Shown here: piece after piece, positions 56,226-64,000 of the stretch
How positions within the stretch are numbered: position 1 is the first letter of the stretch
Layout: each line of letters begins with the position of its first letter
Assembly (NCBI GenBank): GCA_965223865.1
Contig: OZ245020.1
Span: 1,152,001-1,216,000, forward strand
Origin: Nitrosarchaeum sp.
GTDB lineage: Archaea > Thermoproteota > Nitrososphaeria > Nitrososphaerales > Nitrosopumilaceae
Direction of reading: 5' to 3'
DNA length: 64,000 nucleotides
Program-made: the position numbers and the translations under genes
The notes under the pieces: model-generated
Databases searched by the model: none
What the model saw: only the letters and a program-made list of their open reading frames with translations
Told to the model about the DNA's origin: nothing

Positions 56226-57122
56226 TTACTGCTTTAGCTTTTTGTTGACAAAAAATGCAATACCGAAAAGCAATACTGCAATTATGATATAATTTAGATA
56301 TCCAAAAAAGAGTGGAGTATTGCTAATACCTCCTCCATAAAGATTCACTACTGCCCTTACATCGTAATCTGTTATAGAATAAACCATATTTGCTGGCAAA
56401 AATGGATAAATTTCTGGTGTTACCATGATAGAGCGAGATATTATTGAATCTCCATCTCTAAAAAATGGCCTGTCATCATACATTCCATCAAATATGGGAT
56501 GACCCAATCCTAACACATGACCAATTTCATGTTTTATTACCATATCCACCTTTGAATCTATCTTGTCTTTTGATTTAGGATCCAGATAAAAAATGACCAC
56601 ATCTGAAAAACCATAATGAGAAAGTGCTGTATCTCCTCGTACACGTTCTTTACCTGGAGATGGAAATTGCTCAAATGTTATTGTAGTATCGCACCCAAAT
56701 TCTACAAAACTTGATCTCTCAGGTATTACCCTATATTCAAAATTCCATACTCTGGTAGTTTCTGTGTATTGCTCTATCCTGTCCTGCCATTCTTGGACTG
56801 CATTTGAGGTTTTAGTTAACATGATGTTATTTGCATCAGGGAAGGCAGGATCAGAAAATTCTTGAGCACAAAAAACAGGAGACTTGTTAAGCCTATAGTC
56901 TGGTATGTAAAAATAATTCTCAAAACCAAACTCATTACTGCTTGACATGGATGTAAGCACCAGGATGATTGCTGCAACTACTATCAATCCCGAGGCAATA
57001 ATTTTCTTTTTTCTTCCTCGTTTTTTCTGGGTTCTTGGGTGTTTTTCGTTATAGTTTTGTTTGTCTTTATCCATCCAATCAAAAAACTTGTCCTCATCTT
57101 CATCTTTTGTCCAATCAGTCAA
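56226..57122 (-). CDS. membrane-anchored matrixin-like (metzincin) zinc metalloprotease
   Basis: HEIGHVLGLGH, SIM Met-turn, N- and C-terminal TM helices. Confidence 0.88.
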   Translation of the reverse strand: MTDWTKDEDEDKFFDWMDKDKQNYNEKHPRTQKKRGRKKKIIASGLIVVAAIILVLTSMSSSNEFGFENYFYIPDYRLNKSPVFCAQEFSDPAFPDANNIMLTKTSNAVQEWQDRIEQYTETTRVWNFEYRVIPERSSFVEFGCDTTITFEQFPSPGKERVRGDTALSHYGFSDVVIFYLDPKSKDKIDSKVDMVIKHEIGHVLGLGHPIFDGMYDDRPFFRDGDSIISRSIMVTPEIYPFLPANMVYSITDYDVRAVVNLYGGGISNTPLFFGYLNYIIIAVLLFGIAFFVNKKLKQ

Positions 57123-57252
57123 GTATCACTATTTTCATATATCCTATAATAGAATTATGTATTTTATGTTAGGTACATGATTTTCTCTGAAGTTTTTAAA
57201 TTGCTATGTTAATTTAAGAAATATAAAGTAAAATCAAAACAAAGTTAGAAGA

Positions 57253-57502
57253 ATGGTAGGTCATAGTGAAAGGGCCAAAACAGGTACTAGGACACAAATC
57301 AATGCACAAATTCGTTTTCTTCAAACAAATCTTACTCTCAAGAAAAAAGAACTGAGTAAAGCAATGCAATACAAAAAAATATAATCTTCCTGGTTTTGCT
57401 ACTCAAATTTCCAGGATAAAACAAGGAATTACAAAGACTGAAAGGGATTTAGAAAAATTCATCAAAAGAAAAGAAAAACTAATCAGAGATGGCCTCATAT
57501 AA
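57253..57502 (+). pseudogene. possible small basic coiled-coil gene with a frameshift in an A7 run (~57373-57379)
   Basis: MVGHSER...QYKK then shifted frame KYNLPGF...RDGLI*. Confidence 0.35.
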
Positions 57503-57949
57503 AAAATTCAATAATGCTATACAAGAAAACAACGCTGTAATCATTTAAACTACTGTTAAATATTCTACTTTAGAATCATAAAATGATATTTAAAAAATTA
57601 GTACAAAACTCAAAATATCTTTAACATGATTTACGATCTTCAAACGATATTTCGTTTGATTTACCCTCCAAATTATCATCCTTTTTTAATAAGTGGTTGA
57701 TTTGCAGGATTTTCTATGTTACTCTTCTAATTCTATATCCTTTTGAAATTCTTTGGGAAGCCCAATCCACCATTCTTGATTCTTAGGCATTTCTATGGAA
57801 TATGTAAAAAAGTTCCTAATAGATCTACTGGTCAATTCTGCACAATATTGGAGTAACAAAATATGACTGAAATTTTTTACTTGAAGCTAATCTTTGGTTA
57901 GCTATTTTTCTATACTAGATAATTTATTTCTCAACTGTTATCTGAAATT

Positions 57950-58081
57950 ATGAAAGCAAAATTTGCAACATTGTGTGTTTCCTGTGGTGAAAAAATTCAG
58001 CCAGGAAGGGAAATTTCAAAAAACCAAGATGAAAAATGGGTTCATAAGCATTGTGTAGATGATCTCGAAGGCTTACCCTAG
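57950..58081 (+). CDS. 43-aa zinc-finger-like small protein (not in ORF track)
   Basis: MKAKFATLCVSCGEKIQPGREISKNQDEKWVHKHCVDDLEGLP; CxxC...HxxC. Confidence 0.7.
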   Translation: MKAKFATLCVSCGEKIQPGREISKNQDEKWVHKHCVDDLEGLP

Positions 58082-58109
58082 AAATTAATAGGATGTAAAT
58101 CCAATTAAT

Positions 58110-58955
58110 TTGAAAATATTTTTGGTCACAATAAATCCCCTAGATGTCTTTCTTTGGACACTACGAAGAAATGAGAAAGATGTAGTCAATCTTTACAGTA
58201 CCCTGTCCCCTCTAATGCAGCTTGCGACTGGAGGCTCTATGCTAAATTTTGGATTATGGTCTATACAAAATAACAATCCAATTTCTGCACAAAATAATTT
58301 GTGTTCTTATTTTGGGACTTTGTCAGAGTTGGAAAAAGCAAATAATACAGTAGATGTAGGCAGTGGTTTATCTGCACCTGCAATTTATTGGAAAAATCAA
58401 TATCCAAATTTGAAATTGTATTGTGTAAATCTTAATTTCAAGCAATTATTATTTTCTGGTTCTAGCAAAAACATAGAATTTCTGAATTCTTCATCGACAA
58501 AATTGCCTTTTGTGACTGATTCAGTTGATCGTGTTATTGCTTTAGAATCTGCTCAACACTTCAAGCCTTTAGAAAATTTCATATCTGAATCAAAACGAAT
58601 TTTGAAAAAGCAAGGCTTGTTTGTTTTGGCAATGCCTGTGTCTATGAATAGCTCCTCATTAAGCAAACTCGGTATCTTGAAATTCACTTGGTCTTCTGAA
58701 CATTACCTTTTAGAACATGTAAAAAAATTGATCGCGTCTGAAGGTTTTAAAATCTCTAATGAACAATTAATTGGAAGTGAGGTTTATGAGCCTCTTGCAG
58801 ATTATTATATTAAAAACAGAAAATCATTACAAAAATCTATTCTAGAAAAATACCCTCAATATGTAGAATCAATTCTTTACAAATCAATGTTAAAAATGAA
58901 AGATGTATCTCAAAAAAAGATAATTGATTATGTGCTTTTAAAGTATACTCTTTAG
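58110..58955 (+). CDS. class I SAM-dependent methyltransferase
   Basis: LNFGLW, VDVGSG, LPF...S.D.V.ALESAQHF, RILK..G. Confidence 0.9.
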   Translation: MKIFLVTINPLDVFLWTLRRNEKDVVNLYSTLSPLMQLATGGSMLNFGLWSIQNNNPISAQNNLCSYFGTLSELEKANNTVDVGSGLSAPAIYWKNQYPNLKLYCVNLNFKQLLFSGSSKNIEFLNSSSTKLPFVTDSVDRVIALESAQHFKPLENFISESKRILKKQGLFVLAMPVSMNSSSLSKLGILKFTWSSEHYLLEHVKKLIASEGFKISNEQLIGSEVYEPLADYYIKNRKSLQKSILEKYPQYVESILYKSMLKMKDVSQKKIIDYVLLKYTL

Positions 58956-59006
58956 AAAAATTCCTAGAAAATTGTTAGGTTTTTATTTTGATTATTTGTT
59001 TCAAAT

Positions 59007-59396
59007 TTGATGTCTTTAAGTAATGAGGCAAAACTCAAACTGTATGGTGAAAAATGCAATCAACTATTGAAAGACTCTGACATTAGGTTTGCAGGAATAA
59101 TAGATAAAGAAGGTAAACTTGTAACAGGAGGTTTTAAGGAAAATCTCACTCCTTACGAAGAAGATGAAACTCGTTTACAATCGTTTTTGGAATTTGTATC
59201 AAAAGCCTCTATAAGAAAAGAGTATGATGAAAGTCTTGGTCCGATTAATTACCTTGCGGCACGCAGAAACAAAGCAGTCTTAGTTAGTTTCCCATTTCCT
59301 ATAACTCAAGTATTACTTTTGATTTCTGCAGAACCTACAGCAAATATCGAAAACTTGGCTCGTAAAGTAGTTGAAATTTTTACAGATGTTAACTAG
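59007..59396 (+). CDS. small thaumarchaeal roadblock/longin-like protein
   Basis: IRFAGIIDKEG.LV.GG...RKEYD..LG.I.Y. Confidence 0.75.
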   Translation: MMSLSNEAKLKLYGEKCNQLLKDSDIRFAGIIDKEGKLVTGGFKENLTPYEEDETRLQSFLEFVSKASIRKEYDESLGPINYLAARRNKAVLVSFPFPITQVLLLISAEPTANIENLARKVVEIFTDVN

Positions 59397-59450
59397 CTAA
59401 ATAAATTCAAAAATTTTCTTTTGGAACTCAAAAAATACTCATTTTTCTAG

Positions 59451-59882
59451 TTACTTTACTAAAAGAACTGGTATTTTTGATGTATGAACTACGTAATTTG
59501 AGACACTTCCAAGAAATAATTCTTTGATTGCACCCCTACCGCGTGAACCCATTACAATTAGATTGAATTTTTGCTTTTTATCATGTGCTAATTTGATAAT
59601 ATTATATCCAATATCTCCACGCATTAATTTTTCATTAAAAACAATCCCATTTTGTGCTGCAAGGGTTTTTGCATCTGCCATCATTTCCTTAATCTCCTTG
59701 CTAAATCCTATATCTGATCCTACCCCTTGAAATTCTGAATGAGGCTGAATGTTAATTGAATAGGCACCAGTTATTGTTGCTCCAAATTGTCTTGCTATGG
59801 AAATTGCCATTTCAAGCCCTCGCATTGAATTTTTAGAACCGTCCATGGGAACCAAAATTTTGGTAATCTTCTTTTTAATCAC
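59451..59882 (-). CDS. universal stress protein
   Basis: ILVPMDGS, LIVMGSRG.G....LGSVS..V. Confidence 0.93.
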   Translation of the reverse strand: MIKKKITKILVPMDGSKNSMRGLEMAISIARQFGATITGAYSINIQPHSEFQGVGSDIGFSKEIKEMMADAKTLAAQNGIVFNEKLMRGDIGYNIIKLAHDKKQKFNLIVMGSRGRGAIKELFLGSVSNYVVHTSKIPVLLVK

Positions 59883-60013
59883 ATTTTTGGACTAAGATTA
59901 GATACTAAAAAACATAGATGTCTTTAGTCATTATGGTAATCAAGAGAAATCATAATAAACACTGATCGACATATCTAGACAATACTTATCTACCCTGATG
60001 AGTCGACGCTAAA

Positions 60014-60814
60014 ATGGTGCAAGAAAATTTCATTCAAGTTGATGGACACAAGATACGGTATCTAGATTCAGGTCATTCTAAAGGTACTTTGGTTTTAATT
60101 CATGGCTTGGGTGCATCTGCTGAAAGATGGGATAAGGTAATCCCAACCCTCTCGGAGCAATACCGTGTTATTGTACCTGATCTAATTGGTTTTGGATATA
60201 GTGACAAACCTTTAGTAGACTATACTCCTGAATTCTTCTCAAATTTTTTAGAAAAGTTCTTTGACGTATCAGGAATTGAAAGACCCTATATTATTGGATC
60301 TTCTTTGGGCGGTCACATTACAGCCGAATATGCCTCTGTAAACCCTGATAATCTTGAAAAATTAATTCTAGTCTCACCTGCAGGAGTTATGAAAAAATCT
60401 ACCCCTGCACTTGATGCTTACATTATGGCTGCACTTTACCCAAGTGAACAAAGTGCAAAAAATGCCTTTGAAATGATGGAAGGTTCTGGAAAAGAAGTCG
60501 ACACAAAAATTGTTGAGGGCTTTATTGAAAGAATGCAGCTGCCTAATGCAAAACTTGCTTTCATGTCAACTGTTCTAGGATTAAAAAATGCTGAAGTGAT
60601 CACAAAAAAATTACAATCTATTCAGGTCCCCACATTGATCATTTGGGGATCAGATGATCCTGTTATTCCAATTCAACATTCTAAAGCATTTGTCTCTGCA
60701 ATTAAGGATTGCAGATTTTATAGAATGGATGGGTGTGGTCATACTCCATATGTTCAAGATCCAAAAACCTTTGTATCTGCAGTAATGAATTTTCTTCAAA
60801 ATGGTAGAGTTTAA
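60014..60814 (+). CDS. alpha/beta-fold hydrolase
   Basis: LIHGLG, PDLIGFG.S, GSSLGG nucleophile, WG.DD, GH.P. Confidence 0.92.
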   Translation: MVQENFIQVDGHKIRYLDSGHSKGTLVLIHGLGASAERWDKVIPTLSEQYRVIVPDLIGFGYSDKPLVDYTPEFFSNFLEKFFDVSGIERPYIIGSSLGGHITAEYASVNPDNLEKLILVSPAGVMKKSTPALDAYIMAALYPSEQSAKNAFEMMEGSGKEVDTKIVEGFIERMQLPNAKLAFMSTVLGLKNAEVITKKLQSIQVPTLIIWGSDDPVIPIQHSKAFVSAIKDCRFYRMDGCGHTPYVQDPKTFVSAVMNFLQNGRV

Positions 60815-60840
60815 ATAACTCTTAATTCCTACTACTACCA

Positions 60841-61266
60841 ATGAGTGGTAACCAAAACCCATATGATCCAACAATTATGTTTAAAAATTGGATTCAAAAA
60901 AGCGGTCGTGCACAGGCTGAATTTATGAAAAATTTTGGTTCATTAATGACCAATCAAAATACTCAAACATTTGATCCCTTAGAAACCTTGAAGGAAGTCT
61001 CAGAAAATGCAAGAGATACTCAATCTAAAATGATGCAAAACATGTCATCTCTTCAGAGTAAGAACATGGATACTATGTTCAACATTGGCCAAATGCTTCC
61101 ATCGTTTATGAATTGGGGAGCTTACAAGACTACTGTCGGCAGTAACGGCCGGATTTCTATTCCAGAGGCTGAACGTAATGCCCTTGGATTAGGTGAAGGT
61201 GACTTGGTGCAAGTCATTGTTCTTCCAATAGCAAAAAAATCAAAAGCTAGGGAGGTGAAAAATTGA
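60841..61266 (+). CDS. AbrB-domain regulator, probable PhaR-type granule regulator
   Basis: C-terminal GRISIP..ER.ALGL.EGDLV; overlaps phasin-like gene next to phaEC. Confidence 0.8.
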   Translation: MSGNQNPYDPTIMFKNWIQKSGRAQAEFMKNFGSLMTNQNTQTFDPLETLKEVSENARDTQSKMMQNMSSLQSKNMDTMFNIGQMLPSFMNWGAYKTTVGSNGRISIPEAERNALGLGEGDLVQVIVLPIAKKSKAREVKN

Positions 61267-61691
61267 GTAAGAACGAACAGACACAAACAAAATCCACAGA
61301 TGCATTTTCTGTATATCAACAAAACGTAGATAAATTCTTCAACGGTATCAGACAATCAGTACCACAGTATCATCAAGCAATTACTAATGTACAACAGGAA
61401 TTCCTACAGGCTTATGAAAACATTGCAGATTCAACAATCACACTGCAAAAAGAATATGTAAAAAAAGCCGGTATTGCAGCAAACATTCCAGAGGCTACAT
61501 TAAAAGTAATTCAGGATACAACTGAAGAATTCGTAAAGGCAACATCAATTCAGAACCAAGTTACACTTGCAACAATTGATGCAACACAACAAAATATCAA
61601 GACCTTTAACGATAATGCAAAATCATTTGCTGATCTGAACAGAAACATTCTGCAATCTTGGATTTCAGCATTCACCACAAAGAACAACTAG
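61263..61691 (+). CDS. probable phasin (PhaP-like)
   Basis: Amphipathic Gln/Thr/Ala-rich helices, no Cys; position in pha cluster. Confidence 0.6.
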   Translation: MSKNEQTQTKSTDAFSVYQQNVDKFFNGIRQSVPQYHQAITNVQQEFLQAYENIADSTITLQKEYVKKAGIAANIPEATLKVIQDTTEEFVKATSIQNQVTLATIDATQQNIKTFNDNAKSFADLNRNILQSWISAFTTKNN

Positions 61692-61725
61692 TGGCGAATC
61701 TAAATTTTTACTTTTTTTAAATTTT

Positions 61726-62790
61726 TTATGACCTTTCAGATAACCATTTTCCTAATTCTGGCAATACTTTTTTCTGAGACAAAGAACTTGCAATCATTCC
61801 TACATGTCCTGTAGGGTATATTCTCAATGTTTTATCTTCACTTCCAACAGCATAATGTAATGGCATGCTACATTCAGGGGATACTAGGTGATCTCCTACT
61901 GCAACTTGGGTAAATATTGGCATGTCTATTTTTTTTAGATCAATATGGCTTCCTCCCACGTACATCTTATTTTGAATTAACAAATTATCTTGATAGATGT
62001 CTTTAATCCACTGTTTGAATAATTCGCCTGGTATGGGCGGCGTGTCTCCAAGCCATTTTTCAACTCTTAAAAAGTTATCAACAAACCTTTGATTGTCTAT
62101 ATTTTTAAAAAAATTCACATATTTTTCTATACCTTGTTCAAATGGTTTTAGGACTGAAAAACAATAGTACATGAATTCTGGAGGCATATTTCCTATCGTG
62201 CTTACCATTTTTTCAACATCGATATGTTTTGCCAAATTACTGATCACTGTTGTATCTCTCCAGCCATCAATTACTGGTGCAGTGGCAATGAAATTCTTTA
62301 CACTTTCTGGATGAAGAGAGGTATAAGCCGTGGCAATGGTTGCACCTGTACAGTATCCCTGAAGTGATATTTTTTCAGTTGATGCCTCATCTTTGATAAA
62401 TTCGACACAACTATCAAGATATCCATTAACATAGTCATCAAAATCAAGATATTTGTCCATGCTTGTTGGATTTCCCCAGTCTAACATGTATACATCAAAT
62501 CCTTGTTCTAACAAATTTCTAACCCAACTCTTCTCTGGTTGTATATCCAAAATATGATATCTGTTAATCAAAGCATATGAAATTAACAATGGTGTTTTGT
62601 GTTGTTTTTCTGTAAGTGGTTTGTAATGCAATAGTCTTGCTTTATCCATTTCATGTGCCACATCATGAGGTGTAACTTCTAAACTAATTTCATCTGGTGC
62701 AGAAACTAATTTTGGTGCATCTGTAATGTTTTTTGTAAACTTTAAAATCTCTTCTACCAGTTTTGGGTCTATTTTTGTTTTGGACTTCAT
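61726..62790 (-). CDS. phaC: class III polyhydroxyalkanoate synthase subunit PhaC
   Basis: ALINRY.ILD.QP..S, LDWG.P, GYCTG lipase box, DHLV, GHVG. Confidence 0.94.
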   Translation of the reverse strand: MKSKTKIDPKLVEEILKFTKNITDAPKLVSAPDEISLEVTPHDVAHEMDKARLLHYKPLTEKQHKTPLLISYALINRYHILDIQPEKSWVRNLLEQGFDVYMLDWGNPTSMDKYLDFDDYVNGYLDSCVEFIKDEASTEKISLQGYCTGATIATAYTSLHPESVKNFIATAPVIDGWRDTTVISNLAKHIDVEKMVSTIGNMPPEFMYYCFSVLKPFEQGIEKYVNFFKNIDNQRFVDNFLRVEKWLGDTPPIPGELFKQWIKDIYQDNLLIQNKMYVGGSHIDLKKIDMPIFTQVAVGDHLVSPECSMPLHYAVGSEDKTLRIYPTGHVGMIASSLSQKKVLPELGKWLSERS

Positions 62791-63359
62791 TTTTTACTTC
62801 CTGATTTTTTCTTTAATTCTATTTCTAATTTAGTTATTCGTTTTTTTAGAGCATGCATTTCTTTGTACACCTCGTCAATTTCTTCTTTACTGGGTAAATT
62901 TGCTGATTGTAAAATGACATTTGAAATGTTGCTCCAATGTTTTGTGAGTTCTAGTTCTTTTGATACTAATTTGCCATAGTTGTCTCCAAATTTCTCAGAG
63001 TCAAACAATTCTGTAAAGTCATTATCAAAAATTTCAATCCATGTCTTCTTGTATGCATCAAATTGTTCTACGTCTTGTGGTGTTTCAGGTACCTTTTGGT
63101 TTGCTTTTTTTTGTGCAACATTCCAGGTGTCTGCAAGCTGCTTGTAATACTCTGTTAGAAACTGATTAAATTCTAATAACTTTTCATTAATTTCTATTAA
63201 TTCTGTGGATATCTTTTTTGAATTTGTGGCAAAGGCCCGCATTGGTCCAATTGATGTAAGCGCTTGAGGTTTGCTAGACATTAGATGGATTAAATCTGTC
63301 CAAAAAAGAGACATGTGTTTATAATAATCAGTAAGTTCTTTTGGCGATTGAGCCTTCAC
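62787..63359 (-). CDS. phaE: PHA synthase subunit PhaE
   Basis: W.....F..LF.SE.F, NLPSKEEIDEVYK..H.LKKR; overlaps phaC start. Confidence 0.85.
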   Translation of the reverse strand: MKAQSPKELTDYYKHMSLFWTDLIHLMSSKPQALTSIGPMRAFATNSKKISTELIEINEKLLEFNQFLTEYYKQLADTWNVAQKKANQKVPETPQDVEQFDAYKKTWIEIFDNDFTELFDSEKFGDNYGKLVSKELELTKHWSNISNVILQSANLPSKEEIDEVYKEMHALKKRITKLEIELKKKSGSKK

Positions 63360-63413
63360 AGACTACTAATTGCATAGATCCCAATTAAATAGTTCGCTTG
63401 TTAATTCAGAAAA

Positions 63414-63803
63414 GTGGAAAATCCTGACGCTATTGAAAAAATATGCCAAAAAATAGCCAAACTAGATCCCAAAATGAGATCTGCCAGGATCATCAACAAT
63501 CGTGGTCATCTTGTTGCTGGAGGAATGAAAAAAGGATTACAGTCGCTTGAAAAACAAAAACAGGACGAAATGATGTTTATGGAATTAGCCCTTCGTGTTA
63601 GAATGCGACATGAATTTGATAATGAATTTGGCGAAGTTCATTTTTCATTATCTTATCGTGATAAAATTATCGTAATGAGTTTCCCTTTAGCAAATGATGA
63701 TGTTTGTCTTGTTTCGTCTGAAAAAGATCTTGATTTTGGGAAAGTCCCTTTTAAAATTTTAAAGATTCTTGCACCCCTGAAAAAAAATCCAAGTACTTTC
63801 TAA
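63414..63803 (+). CDS. small thaumarchaeal roadblock/longin-like protein
   Basis: MRSARIINNRG.LVAGGMK.G...R.EFD..FG.V. Confidence 0.75.
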   Translation: MENPDAIEKICQKIAKLDPKMRSARIINNRGHLVAGGMKKGLQSLEKQKQDEMMFMELALRVRMRHEFDNEFGEVHFSLSYRDKIIVMSFPLANDDVCLVSSEKDLDFGKVPFKILKILAPLKKNPSTF

Positions 63804-63841
63804 AAATAAAGAACTTAATTCTAGTGTTTGGTGTTGTTTGT

Positions 63842-64000
63842 ATGACAATAGGATCTCAAAAAATTAGTTGGTCTGAAATTGAGAAATTGATGAAGATTTT
63901 ATCTAAAAAAATTACTGATATTCCTAGAAATTTTTCTAGCATCTCTACTATTAGCAGAGGTGGACTAGTTCCTGCCAGACTATTAGCTGATCATTTGGAA
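63842..64000 (+). CDS. phosphoribosyltransferase (xanthine/guanine PRT-like), truncated by window end
   Basis: ISWSEIE...ISRGGLVPARLLADHL. Confidence 0.8.
   Translation, partial: MTIGSQKISWSEIEKLMKILSKKITDIPRNFSSISTISRGGLVPARLLADHLE

Overview
AT-rich genomic window from a Nitrosopumilus-like ammonia-oxidising archaeon (Nitrososphaerota/Thaumarchaeota), judged from the 16S-23S rRNA operon (no spacer tRNA, no linked 5S) and the gene families present. Core regions encode a PIN-ATPase, tRNA-splicing endonuclease, DNA ligase, FBP aldolase/phosphatase, EF-1alpha, uS10, RpoP, 3-hydroxyacyl-CoA dehydrogenase, a hemL-like aminotransferase and a phaR-phaP/phaE-phaC polyhydroxyalkanoate cluster. The most striking feature is a ~17.6 kb block (14006-31586) enclosed by two apparently identical 1172-bp direct copies of the fbp gene plus its upstream region, with no integrase or transposase visible. 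The block carries pckA, pgk, glmS, a sugar-nucleotidyltransferase, secreted CARDB proteins, two orphan response regulators and a frameshift-broken ~1500-codon gene fusing DM13 domains and NHL beta-propellers to a processive-type GT2 glycosyltransferase. I infer it is a self-supplying amino-sugar exopolysaccharide/surface module, partly decayed or affected by sequencing errors. All product calls come from motif recognition by eye; no database searches were run.
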